From: Octopus vulgaris
Taxonomy: Eukaryota
Assembly: GCA_951406725.2 (NCBI GenBank)
Contig: OX597830.1
Location: 14,570,001 to 14,634,000 of the forward strand
Reading direction: 5' to 3'
Length of the DNA: 64,000 bases
Positions 38,828 to 52,337 of the stretch are shown one piece after another. The notes under the pieces are model-generated. The model was not told the DNA's origin. It searched no databases and saw nothing but the letters and a program-made list of their open reading frames with translations. Within the stretch, counting starts at the first letter, position 1, and every line of letters starts with the position of its first letter. The position numbers were made by a program, and so were the translations under genes.

Positions 38828-39110
38828 CGGGCGTTGTGTTTACTGACGAAAACACCTAAAGCTCCACGAGGCTCCGGCAGGGGGTAGTGGCGAATCCTAA
38901 TGTATTCTTTTGTCGTAACTCTCTCTTTCTTCCTGTTTCTGTTGTACCTTTAATATCAAAGGGCCAGGCTTGTCACGCTCTGTGTCGCGCTGAACCTCCC
39001 CAAGAGTACATGTGTCTGTGGAGTGCTCAACCACTTGCACGTTAATTTCACGAGCAGGCTGTTCCGTTGATCAGATCAACTGGGGCCCCTCGTCGTCGTA
39101 ACCTAAAGAC
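38828..39110 (+). mobile_element. 5'-truncated family C SINE
   Basis: CGAAAACACCTAAAGCTCCACGAGGCTCCGGCAGGGG...GCAGGCTGTTCCGTTGATC. Confidence 0.85.
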
Positions 39111-39989
39111 TACCACATTACACTAGAAAAAAAACACAGCTTCAACAGTGAAAGAAATCTATCACCAATTGCATTTCGTTCATCCATAGTCATGATATTT
39201 GAATAGCGCGTCCTAAGATCTGCAAGCTCAGTCACATTCTACATAAAATTCAAGTCATCTTGCAGAATCATAATACAACTATAAAGCAAAAACACGAGAA
39301 TTAGGTTTTCATGACTCCTTCAATAAAGTTATGATATTCTATTCTATTTAAATAGCATCGCGAAATGCTTTTTGAACTCCAATATGAAATACATGTTGAT
39401 AAAATTTTTATCTTGCTATGATAGAAAGCACTTTTCTATTATATAATAAAACCTACATCCAAAATGCAAGTCTCTTTCTAAAGACTAGGAAAATTCTTGT
39501 TGCTGATCCTCAACAAAGCAAAAAGTGGTCACGGTATAATGCACTGACCCTTATCTGGAATATTGGTACTATTTGCACAAACGTCCCAAAAAATTTCCTA
39601 CAGTTGATTGACTGAGGTTCACTCACCACTATACTAGGGCAGTCAATACAGTTTTTTTCTACCGTTACATTTATCAAATATCTAGTTATACACTACACTA
39701 AAACACATACATAAATCATACTAACTATGTCTCAGCTTTAACGTCCCGCTAAAAATGCTGTCCAACCGTCCTAGTCGACACTGCATACTCCCTAGACTAA
39801 CCTTTATACCCATACTTCCTGATATAAATCATCATTCAAATCACAGATTAATATCTGGTGCACCGTATTTTCTTGTCTAGGCCAGTGTTAATGGCATGGG
39901 TAACGTTTCTTTTCCAACAAAATAGAAATATTAATAAACTGATAGCAACAGCGACAGTAAACGGTTTATATCGATTTTATTCAACAGAT

Positions 39990-40342
39990 AATTGTTTTAT
40001 CGAAACGAGGAAGGATGAAAGGCAAAGTCGACCTCGGCAGAATTTGAACCCAGAATGTAAATAAGGACAAAAGGCTGCTAATCTTTTTGCACGGCGTGCT
40101 AAGGATTCTTATCTCTTTATTGCCCACAAGGGGCTAAACATAGAGGGGACAAACAAGGACAGACAAACGGATTAAGTCGATTACATCGACCCCAGTGCGT
40201 AACTGGTACTTAATTTATCGACCCCGAAAGGATGAAAGGCAAAGTCGGCCTCGGCGGAATTTGAACTCAGAACGTAACGGCAGACGAAATACGGCTACGC
40301 ATTTCGCCCGGCGTGATAACGTTTCTGCCAGCTCGCCGCCTT
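39990..40342 (-). mobile_element. Family A SINEs (partial 39990-40105, full length 40110-40342)
   Basis: Reverse complement of 4126-4357. Confidence 0.9.
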
Positions 40343-40929
40343 AAGACCTACTAAAATATTGCAACCACTTAGACGCTAGTATGAATTGCGTTAGCAAGTT
40401 ACTTTCGCTGAGAAAAAATATTCCTATCATAAAAAAAAATGGGCACAGTATATAATATCAGCAATATCATGTAGTCTCCAAGAATTGCTGAAAATATGAA
40501 CCCAGGATTATATGAGTATAAGATGAATAAAAGAGAGGCGCCATTATACGGACATGCTTAGCTGCTTAAAAACAAAGAACACAAATGAAACAAAGAAATA
40601 GTTCTAAACACTGCTCAAAGTAAGATTTAAGGAATGGTTCTCACTCAACAGGTTTATTTGATTATAATACGTGTCGAGAGAAAAACCAACTGAGTTGATG
40701 TTATCTTTGATCAGCGAAGTTGGTAAAGAACATCCAAAACAAAGTGAAACTTCCGGTGTTTGCAAATCGAATACTTTAGTGTATTGTACAGCCTTTAGCA
40801 TTCACAAGCAGATGAGAATAACATAGGTGAATGGGAATGATAAAACCACAATCGAAGCGGATTGCTTTCCTAAAAAGAAATAATCGATAGATTCTAGGAA
40901 AAGGATCAGTCATTTGGATACTAATATTA

Positions 40930-41142
40930 ATTTCAAATTTTAGCACAAGGCCAGCAATTTGGGGGAAGTGGGGGTATGTCGATTACATCGATCCCATAAC
41001 ACAATTGGTGCTTATTTTATCGAGCGCGAGATGATGAAAGCAAAGTCAACCTCGGCGGAATTTGAACTCAGAGCCTATAGGCGGACGAAATGCAGCTAAG
41101 CATTTCACCCGGCGTGCTAAGTATTCTGCCAGCTCACCGACT
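40930..41142 (-). mobile_element. Family A SINE
   Basis: AAAGTCAACCTCGGCGGAATTTGAACTCAG...TTCTGCCAGCTCACCG. Confidence 0.85.
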
Positions 41143-41339
41143 TCTTTTGAATACCAATAATGACTCCAAAGTGAATAAATAAAACTATGAAGCACCAGCC
41201 TCGTCTTTATGATAAGGTATCTGAAATTGATGGGAACTGCCAACGACCGACACACACGAGTAAACACGAACTACAGGGAGAAAGTCACAAGGCTTGTTAT
41301 AAAAAGACATTTCAAAAATGTAAAACGACCAAAGGTAAA

Positions 41340-43190
41340 GGTGCATAAAACCTACAAATGGTATATGACAGTATGAAAGGTCACGCCATCAAACATGTAA
41401 ATGAACGACCACAAAGCTTCTATGAATGGGGATCTAGTAAGTAAATAAATAGCATAACCTCGATAGAATATGGTTCAATGAGTTTACGGAGTGAACAGTG
41501 TACAAATATCTCTCTTGAAACATATAACATCATTCAAGAAAATTTCCTGGTTGTTGTTGCAAAACTACTGAATGGACAGTCACCCGGAAAAGACCTGATA
41601 GTCAAATGTTGTGGAAAAACAAATAAAACTCGTGTTCGACAGGAAATTATTCTTCGGACTGTTCAAAACACAATAGGCACTAAATTCCCTATACTAGACT
41701 GCTGGCAGCTGCAAAGATAGTAGTTCACTCCTAAGAACAGGAGACACGAGACACGAGGAAAACAAATCACGCTACAAACCCATATCATACTTGAATATGA
41801 TGTAGAAACTGTACATAAGTTGCTTAAATGGAAAATGATTTGGTGAAATGTAATCAGACAAGAAGAGAACCAATTGTGGTTGTGCTGAACTGGTTCTTGT
41901 TGACAAAGCTGTTTATAAAGAAGTAAAGCAGTACCATGGAAGTCTACTAGAAGAAGATCTACTCTATAAGACGTTCTACTTTGGATACTAAAGTGACTGC
42001 ACCACGCGAGGGTTCCGTTTCCTACGTAACAACATGGTCTTAATAACTATCACTATGACCAGAAGCTACTGCTATAGTCTCAAGCAGAATTAGATTATGA
42101 AGGGAAGCATTCTAAAGTGACAGCTTGTCCATTCTTGTGTTGGTTTTGATAGTGAAATGGAAATGCCAAAATAACTTGTTAAAATTTGCCGCAGAAAAGA
42201 AAATTAATGGCGCCTATACGCTTCCTGTCAATGAGAAACAATATTCTCACACAAGAGAATTTCAGCATTAGTGTTTACATCTGGCATTTAGTATACGAAA
42301 GTTTGTTGAACAAACAAGAAATATGGATACCGGTGGCTAGTCTATTTACCCCATTTCCAATATCGTAAGGTGCAAATATCTCAGAAATAATACGGATGTT
42401 GAATACGTTGTTACTGGGAATGAAGCTGGAGTGATTAAGGAAAAGTTCGGAAGGTATGGAAAGCTTAGCTTTCTGTATTAAATAGTACCATGACTCATAA
42501 TGCATTTGAGGTACCATTTGTAGTATCGTACAATTGGAAAACCAGTATGAATTATTGAACAGATTTATCATTTGGATTAGGAAAATATTAACCACCTCAC
42601 ATAACAGCTTCATCAGTTGTGACACGAAGAGGGCCTAGGTTAGACGGAAGGTTGGTAGTCAACGCTTAAATTAATTCTAAACGGTCTTTGTGTGCCTTAT
42701 TGTATGTATCCTTCAGACAAACCATACTGAACGTTGAAAGGAGAAATGAATACATAACAGCGAAAATAATATAATCTTAACAACAGGAAAAGAGCTGCTA
42801 AATAGGCATTCTGAGTACATAACTGTGGCCCATGAGGAGCTTGACAAACCTACTGAAATAGATTCTTGGAGAAAAGCATCCATCGTGCCAGTAAAAACAT
42901 AAAGGAGACGCTTTCACAATTAAGAAAAAGAATGAGACCACTAAATTTATTATCAATAACAGAGACAGGGATACTACAAAATCTCTGTTGTAATACATAA
43001 TGTTGATCGCACCATTCTTTTGTTGACGATGACAGCATAACATCAGCGGTTGCCTCAAAACCCCGTAAAGGACGGGTCTCATTAGAAGATATTCTCTCAA
43101 GATATGATATTGCTGCCAAAACTATTTATAATTCCGTCTGCAGGAAGGATCTACCTAGCATCAGTCATAACAAAGTTTAAAAGTCAACGA
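41340..43190 (+). mobile_element. Degraded Dong/R4-like non-LTR retrotransposon RT region
   Basis: ELVLVDKAVYKEVKQYHGSL (~41887-41946) matches the EQLLIDKAV segment. RRKVGSQRL (~42640) is a decayed RKxGGRGL, and LLNGQSP is present. Many stops and frameshifts. Confidence 0.5.
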
Positions 43191-43211
43191 AATTGTTAGC
43201 ACACTATAAAT

Positions 43212-43790
43212 CAGTAGTTCTCAACCATCTTTTGCCTGTACTTACTTACTTGTACTTGTGGCGACATTTTCCCTGGACGGGTTGAGTAGGCTTCTTCTAC
43301 CACCCTCGAGGCATCTCGAACCATGGCAGTAGAAGAAGTTTCGTGGGAATATGAATTTCACAAGCGGTCCCCAACAGTCCCATATGTAGAGACATCCTGT
43401 TTGCGGCAGATTGTCCGCAGACACAGGGACAGAACGACCGAGGAGCCGCCGGTTGCCGAAACAGACACTCCGAGGATTTCCACTCGGTGTCAGATCAATC
43501 CGCCTTGGGTGGCCCTACCAGGAACCGAAGTTCCCGACAGCATAACTCTGACATAGCTCCCGACGGCACAGCTCTTTTGCCTGTGCTACCCTTTGATTTC
43601 TATTTTACACCACTGGACCTCCAACTGTATTTTTTATAATAAAATATTATTAAGAATTGTAGAAAAAAATTGAAATATATTTTGAATTGTATATCTGTAG
43701 AATTATGAGCAATTTCTTGCACATGAATTTTAACAACAAAATCGTATACGCTCCACCCCAGGCCATACTGGCCCCAACTGAAATCCACTG
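43212..43790 (+). mobile_element. Probable hAT/Charlie-type MITE hosting a retroposon
   Basis: Starts CAGTAGTTCTCAACC, a typical hAT terminus. The right end was not identified. Confidence 0.35.
43240..43572 (-). mobile_element. Short (TAAG)n-tailed retroposon, same family as 4934-5291
   Basis: 12-bp TSD TCTTTTGCCTGT at 43228-43239 and 43573-43584; high similarity to the 4934 copy. Confidence 0.8.
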
Positions 43791-44490
43791 CCTTGACTGA
43801 TAAGAAACAAACTGAAATATTCTAGTAGATCTCAGTATCATTCTGTGGGATATGGAATAAGTCATACACAGTTATAGCTGTGACCTCCACAGCGACACCA
43901 AGATTTCATCTAAGTTTAAGGAAGGTGAGATTATCTGTGATAATCAAAGTGAAACACCTCTCGTATCACGGCAATAGATTCTCATTTGTATCTACTATCA
44001 CATAATATCGAACTAAGCTACAACTGATTTCCGTAAATTCCTGGAAAGTCTTGGTTTTCTCCAAAAAAACAGCCAATCAAACTGAATCGCTTCGTCAAAA
44101 TATAATATATAGTTGGTACAATACGGCGCATCAAAACAATCCAAAGATCTGCAAGTTGAATTTCATGGAATAAAGTATACAAGCTGTCGGATTTGTCCAA
44201 ATGCAAACATCCATGCATTTCAATAAACTCACATATTTTTGAGAACTGCACAACCTTACACGAGTCCAAGTATATTGAAATGCACTTCAACATTTATGCA
44301 GACATGAACATCGATATTCACAAACACCTGGAATTACCTTGACTCAAACAAGGAAGACTTCCGGCTTAGTTAGGGCGCGACTGAAATGAGCAACGAGCAC
44401 TAATAAATCTAAATCGGAATATAAATACATGCACACATACATATATACATACATGCATAAATGTGTGTATATATAAATATATATGTATAT

Positions 44491-44801
44491 ATCACCGTGA
44501 TCACCGTGACCGACCAGGCTATCAGATGTTGCTACATATCGCTGGTCACAATGCACTTTGCATTATTTTAGCCTTCAAATGACGCCACCCCGCTGGTTAA
44601 GCGAGCAGGCCAACAGACGAAAGAGTGAGAGAAAGTTGTGGCGAAAGAGTACTGCAGGGATCGCCACCACCCCCTGCCGGAGCGTCGTGGAGCTTTAGGT
44701 GTTTTCGCTCAATAAACACTCACAACGCCCGGTCTGGGAATCGAAACCGCGATCCTACAACCGCGAGTCCGCTGCTCTAACCACTGGGTCATTGCGCGTC
44801 C
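44491..44801 (-). mobile_element. SINE with family C head/body and a third type of 3' tail
   Basis: 44620-44801 is the reverse complement of 60448-60625. 44491-44615 is unrelated to the C tail and ends in a repeated TCACGGTGA unit. Confidence 0.85.
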
Positions 44802-44875
44802 ACTATATGTATATATATATATATACACGCGCGCGCGTAAACACACACATATACACATATACACGTAAACACATA

Positions 44876-46164
44876 TCAGGTCATCCCATAAGTTCTGTCC
44901 AATTTTACCTCTTTGAAAATTGAATGAAATTTAATTGTATTTTCGAATGTCTAATGGAATTAGAAATTATTTTTATACATTTGTGTACATTTAAACTAAT
45001 TAAATATTATTTTACAGAATAATAGAATTAAAATTTCTTTGATTAAAACCCTTTCTAACATGGAAGTATCCAAAGAGCATTTAAGGCACATAATGCTTTA
45101 TGAGTACAAAAATAGGAAACTCTGCAGCTGAAGTGACTTGAAACATACAGTCAGAGGGAAAGAATGCTTGAATGAAAGAACTTGCAGAAGATGGTTTGCA
45201 AAATTCAGAAGTGGAGATTTCAGCCTTGAAGATGAAGATTGAACAGAATGTCCAGTTGGGTTTGATGATAAGCTCCTTGAGGCATTACTTAAAGAAAACC
45301 CTGCATTATCAGTTGAAGAATTGGCAATAAAGCTTGGTTCAAACCATACAACTATTCATCGTCATCTTCAACAAATTGGAAAGGTTCCTAAACTTGGAAA
45401 ATGGGTGCCTCATGAATTGTCCGAAAGCAACCGCAAATCCCGAGTTGACATCTGCTCTTCTCTCCATTCTCGCGAACTAATTTCACCCTTTTTGGATTGG
45501 CTTGTGACTGGTGACGAAAAATGGATCTTCTATCGAAATGTTAAACGTCGTAAACCTTGGCTTGGTAAAAGGGAAAAAGCTCAAGCACAACCGAGAAGGG
45601 AACTTCATGGAAAAAAAGGTTCTTCTCTCTGTCTGGTGGGATTGCAAAGGAGTAATTCACTTTGAATTGTTACCACCTAATGCAACAATCAATGCTCAAG
45701 TTTACTGTTAGCAATTAGAGCATTTGAACCAAGCTTTGAAGGTAAAAAAGAACCTCTTTAGTGAATCAAAAAGGAGTGATGTTTCATCAGGACAATGTGC
45801 GACCCCACACTGCAAAGATCACATCATAGAAGATCGAAGAGCTTGGTTGGGAAAACATTCCTCATCCACCTTATTCTCCCGACCTTGCTTCTTCAAACTA
45901 CCATTTGTTTCATAGTTTACAGAATCATTTGGGGGACATAACTTTCGCAAGCCAAGAGGAGGTCGAAACTGACATTTCAGAGTTCTTCGTTTTGAAACGA
46001 AAAAAGTTTTACATTGATGGGATTAAAAAGCTTGTAAATAGATGGAAGGAAGTCATAGATAATCAGGGAAAGTACATTGATGATTAAAATTCAATTAAAT
46101 ATAACATTTGATCACTTGTTTTTCTTTATTGAAAAATTCGGACAGAACTTATGGAATGACCTTA
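44876..46164 (+). mobile_element. Full-length mariner DNA transposon (1289 bp)
   Basis: ~30-bp TIRs (TCAGGTCATCCCATAAGTTCTGTCCAATTTT and AAAATTCGGACAGAACTTATGGAATGACCTTA), TA on both flanks, internal transposase. Confidence 0.95.
45060..46087 (+). pseudogene. Mariner DD34D transposase, frameshifted and with stops
   Basis: MEVSKEHLRHIMLYEY start; motifs GKWVPHEL, VTGDEKW, LSVWWD, FHQDNVRPH and HPPYSPDLASSNYHLF (third D is N); ends GKYIDD*. Confidence 0.92.
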
Positions 46165-46498
46165 TACATACATACGTACGTACGTGCGTAAAAAGATACA
46201 AACATACATACATACATACATACATACATACATACATACATACATACATACATACATACATACATACATACATACATACATACATACATACATACATACA
46301 TACATACATACATACATACATACATACATACATACATACATACATACATACATACATACATACATACAAACATACATACATACGTACGTACATACATACA
46401 TACATACATACATACATACATACATACATACGTACGTACATACATACATACATATATACATACATACATACATACATACATACATACATACATACATA
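46165..46498. repeat. (TACA)n array starting at the mariner TA site
   Basis: Direct inspection. Confidence 0.95.
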
Positions 46499-46934
46499 GG
46501 TTGAGGCAGAGGAGCAGAAAAGAGAAAAGCAAAAAGGTGATAAAAAACGAAAAGAAAAGAAGAGAGAACTCTACTTGAGAATGATTGGCATATTTCGTTG
46601 TATCAGTGGTTACAAGACCTGATTCTGACCTCTACTATTCATAAGTGTAGTCAGAGATAAGACGATAATCATAACTGCAGCAGCAATGATAGTAATCAGA
46701 AAATCATAGATTTCGACAAGGTGATGAGGGAGAGGTGGAAGAAAAGAGCAATGACAGGGAAATGAAAAAAAAAAATAATAATAATGTAACAATAATAAAT
46801 ACTTGAAACATCAAAGATCCCATTCAGTGCTCAAAACAACCAGAGTTTCAAATGTTTACTTTTGCTGTTGTCATTTCTATGTGTAATGTTCTAGCCATTG
46901 TTTATAATACCAGTGTTTTTACCTTCTCTGGTGA

Positions 46935-47590
46935 TATACATACATACACACACACACACATGTATATACCTATGTATGCATACATATCTAAATATATATG
47001 TGTTTGTATTCTATATATATATATATATATATATATCTACATATGTATAAATATGTTTATACACTTATAACTACACATAAGTATATATACATAAATGTAT
47101 ATATAAACACAAACACACCACACATACACATGTATATGTATAGGCAGAGAATGAGGAGTATAGATAAATAGATATTTGCTCAATGTGTGTGTTTGTGTGC
47201 GTATATATATATATACATACACATGCATACGTAGAAATTCATATGCAGACATGTATATGTGTTACCACATATGTATGTGTATGTACATATATATATACAT
47301 ATATATGTGTATGTATATATATATACATATATATGTGTATGTATATATATATACATATATATGTGTATGTATATATATTTATATATATATATATAATTAC
47401 ATATATATGTATGTATACATGGGTATACATGCATTTAATTATATACTCGAACATTCTCTCATATACGTGAGTGTGTAAGTACATATACATATTTATATAG
47501 ACATACACATGTACATTTATATATGTATATATATGATACTTAATATGTATGTGTGTGTATATATATATATAAATCTATATAGTTCTGCCC

Positions 47591-47625
<35 letters not shown>

Positions 47626-48217
47626 CTCAACAGCATCTTTCAGAGAATTTTCATTAAAAATTAATTTATTAAGAATCATTAGTTTAAATATTATTAGTTG
47701 TGTTTAGAGAAAGAGATATTTAAAATGGAAAAAGAAAAAAAAACAAAAGATACAATAACAAAATCGAGGAAAAACAAGTAAAAACAATATCATATCTTCT
47801 TTATAGTGTTATTCCATCTGATTCGTTTAGCATTTGAGAAAAGGAATAAGAATTAATTCGATAGAATACTTAAAAGATAGCCATCAGCCATTTTTTCCCT
47901 CTCTGTTTCTCTTTCTAAAGCCGTTTTACAATGTTGCGAATTGACTTTTTCTTATTATGTTTCATATTATGAAAATCTCATTTATTCATCAAAGAAAGTT
48001 AGAAATGCTTATGTATAATACTAGCTGTGTGTATATGCAGAGGTATAAAAGGCGGGGAAAAAAAATCATATCCACGTGCACAAGCACATTTGGCTAAGAC
48101 TAATGTAAAATTTTTGGTAAAAAGAAATAGCCAACATCTATGTAAAACTGCGTGTGTTCATCACAAACACACATAAACATACACCTAAACACCCACGTAC
48201 AAACACCATACATATGC

Positions 48218-48292
<75 letters not shown>

Positions 48293-48619
48293 TATATTTA
48301 CACTCAAAAATATACATATATATATATACTTATTTGTATTTATATATGTATACACACACACATATATATATATATACTTATTTATATATATATATATACG
48401 CACGTATATGATACCTTATATTTTCATTAAAAGTATTTATGTATGAAATAAATGTTTATGTGTATCTATTTGTATATAATATATAAAGATTTATCATAGA
48501 TTTTCTCTTATTTTCTTATAATTCTTTCTTCATAATATGAGTATGTGGGCATATTTGCATATTTCAAAATCATTTTGTATATATTTATGAATATATAAAA
48601 CATTCCAATAGTTTTCTAT

Positions 48620-48669
<50 letters not shown>

Positions 48670-49023
48670 GTATGTATATATATATAATACAATATATATT
48701 AGGTATATATATTGCATGTATATATATGTGCGTGTGTGTATATATATGCCTATGTGTATATATATATATGTGGGGGGTGTTTATGAATGTATGCATAGGA
48801 AATAATCCTCTTGCTTTTCAATGTATCTGAAATAACAGCGTTATGTTTATCTAAATAAATCTACATACACGTAGCAACTTCCACACTCATATATATATAC
48901 ACTCACACACATAACACACCCAAATACGAAAATTGTTTTTTTCATGTATATATATGCATCTATATGTGTGTGTATATCTAAAGTATGTGTATCTACACAT
49001 ACACTACGACCGCGCGCAACGCA

Positions 49024-49090
<67 letters not shown>

Positions 49091-49308
49091 GTCTGTATAC
49101 ATATATGCACACACATCGATACACACAATGAAAAGGAGAATTATTTTCCCTTCGCACCTGCCACAATTAAGGATACACACGAGACGCATTTCTGTTCATT
49201 ACATATTCTCTTATATAATACCTACACATGTGTGTGGCTCTGTATGCATACAAACATACATAAATACATACATACACACATACATACATACATACATACA
49301 TATATACA

Positions 49309-49390
<82 letters not shown>
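46935..49390. repeat. Field of TA/CA microsatellites with short unique spacers
   Basis: Direct inspection. Confidence 0.8.
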
Positions 49391-49391
<1 letters not shown>

Positions 49392-49797
49392 TAGAATACC
49401 AGGGTTCTTTAACCTTGGATGGCCTACTATATAGAAAAATAAATAAGACTTCGCTGCATAATGGTACCAAATATTATGTTTGGTGCCACTTTAGATTTCG
49501 CTTCATGACGACCCGCAAACACAAGTCTCCATGTAAGAGAACTAGATGGTTGGACACGCTTGCCACCAGACAAAGGAGACAAAGTATACCGTCATATGTA
49601 TGCTTGCATATATATGTAAATCTTTGCTTGTGTGCATTTGAAAGAAAATTTCAATTAAAAATTATCAATTACTTTAAAGAATCATGAAAAGAGCAAAACT
49701 GATAGAAGAGAGGTATTTCGTGCAAGGGCTTAAAATTTTCACACATCTTATAAAGTAATCTGTATAGTAGTAATTGTGTCCAATAGCATTTCTCGCT

Positions 49798-50110
49798 GTT
49801 TAGTTTCGGGTTCAAAATCTTAATAAAAATTTCTTTTCTTCGCATAAGTTTCTGCCTTTATTTTGAATTTTTCCGAGGTATTTAAATGTTCAATATACGG
49901 AATATTCTTAAAAGAAAAACGAAGCTTTACATGTTTTTTTATGTACACTGACTATCTCCATTAATCTTGTTCCTCCTTGGCCGATATAGTCCTCGCTGGA
50001 CTGAGGACATGGGATGAATTTAAGGAGTTTTTGTTTTGCAGTTCTTATATTCATTAACCTTAAACATGTTTCCGTTCTTGAATTTTTGGACCTTACACCC
50101 TCTTCAATCA
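49798..50110 (-). mobile_element. Degraded Penelope-like GIY-YIG endonuclease C-terminus
   Basis: KLLKFIPCPQSSEDYIGQGGTRLMEIVSVHKK resembles NxIYxIxCxxCxxxYIGQTxxxLxxRxxxH. Downstream RRKEIFIKILNPKLN (49798-49842) fits a PLE ORF end. Confidence 0.65.
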
Positions 50111-50465
50111 AATCGTAAGTTCTGCATTAAAGATCTTCAGATTTTGTCACTGGTGTGAATTTCGCTGTTTTAAGAGACTTTCAACACATGCTGGTTGCCT
50201 TCGGCTGTTAATAATCTGTAAAGTTTTAGTGATTTCCCTTGATGGCTGGTGCAGAATTGGAAGGTGTTGCTTAGATACATGCAAAACGTAGTAATTTCTG
50301 AATTGTGAGTAACTACAAATGGAATAATTTTGTCCCCAAAAATGTTCCTCGATTACAGGTAAGTTCATCGCTATCAATTCACCGCAGGGAAAGTTCACCG
50401 CCACCAATTCACCGTGAAGAAATTTCAGATCGAGGAAGGCTTACCGAGAAAATATATCAATAGCT

Positions 50466-50628
50466 CTGTTGTGTCTGGGGAGAGTCATTTTCTTTTTGTG
50501 CCTTATAATGAGTGTGTTAAATAATAAGGCACAAAAAGAAAATGACTCTCCCCAGACACAACAGTATATGCTTCAACACACGAACTCATATAAAGAATCT
50601 TGCAAACCAAATCCCAAAACGAAATATA
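50466..50628. repeat. Foldback fragment (41-bp arms, 17-bp spacer), same family as 61085-61405
   Basis: 50466-50506 is the reverse complement of 50524-50564. The continuation matches 61090-61150 in inverted orientation. Confidence 0.9.
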
Positions 50629-51678
50629 TCAATAGCATCTCGCCATTAATAGTTAAAAAATATTTTATTGACAAAAGACGGTGAGTTGATGACTGTGAAC
50701 TGGGTATGATGGGCCATTGCCTATACTATATAGAAAGGATGCATAGTAAGTAATAGAAGCACCACGTCGCTACCACTGCCCACACAATATATACACGTGT
50801 GTGTGTGTGTGCGCGTCCGTGTGTGTGTGGGGGATACAGGTAGAAATATATAGGGCAATATTAGAGTAACAGCAAGATTGGAAGAGTTCCATACAGATAA
50901 ATGCTTGTAAATATAAATAATTCCGATTCACAGCCATACACATCCACGCACGGCCGCGTACGTACATGCACACGTACGTGTACACGGAAGCACACACACA
51001 CACACAAGGACACAAGAACACACAATCAAACACACACACACTCACACACAGACAAACATACACACACTCACATGAGACACACACACAGAGACATTCACAA
51101 GCGCGTGCACACACAAACGCACACGCACATGCATACGCAGGAACAAACATACACATACATGACGCACATATACACACATACACACAGACGCTTACCTACT
51201 TAAAAGAAACGGCTACAGTGAATATACTCACATATGACCACCCACACCGAAATGCATACACGTAAGTATGCACTCACACATCTAGATACATACACACATG
51301 CATACATACTCATAGGAATAATAGCAGACCTTAAAGAGTGAGGGCATGTCAATGATGAGGTTGCGATCAGTGACAGGAGCACTTTGACTAACAACCGGTT
51401 GTATGCTTAATCATTGCATTAAGTAATTAAGCAAACGATCAACTGGTTTGTTAGTTAGATATTTAACCAATTGACCAAAAGTAAAAAGTGATGTTTAACC
51501 AGCGCGTGTGTTTATTGTCATCTTTATTGGCATAATGACCGTCCCAAGACACGCACACCGTTCACATTTAGAATCTTGCAAGCGAATTACAAATACGATG
51601 TAGAACAGATACAGTTTTCGAATTTCATGATTTAGCACACACACATATACACATATACACATACACACACACATACAC

Positions 51679-52325
51679 CTATCGATCTTTTGCCGAACCG
51701 CTAAGTTACGGGAAAGTTAAAACACCAACTCCGGTTGACAAACGATGATGGGGGGGCGGGGAAAGCACAGACACAATAACACACATACATACATACACAC
51801 ACACACATGCATACATACACACACACGCACACGCACGCGCACACACATACACACACACGTACACACACACACACATATATATAGTCACAGGCGTGGGTGC
51901 AAAGAAGCTTGCTTCACAACTACATGTTTCCAGGCTTAGTTTTAATTGTGCAAGTGTCTTCTACTAAAGCGTCAGGCCAACCAAAGCCTTGCGAGAGAAC
52001 TTGGTTGACGGAAACTGAAATAAGCCCATATACATGTATGTATGTATGTATGTATGTATGTATGTATGTATGTATGTATGTATGTATGTATGTATGTGTG
52101 TGTATGTATGTATGTGTGTCATTATGTCTGTGCTTTCCCCCATCATCATTTGTCAACCGGAGTTGGTGTTTTAACTTCCCGTAACTTAGCGGTTCGGCAA
52201 AAGACTGATAGAATAAATATTGGGCTTAAAAAATAAGTCATGTGGTCAATTTGTTCGATTAAAACCTATCAAGACGGTGTCCCAGCATGGCCTCAATCAA
52301 ATGACTGAAAACAAGATACAAAATA
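51679..52325. mobile_element. Family B SINE (+, 51887-52325) preceded by an inverted partial copy (51679-51800)
   Basis: Family motifs; the two copies share private variants. Confidence 0.85.
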
Positions 52326-52337
52326 AAATATTAAAAG

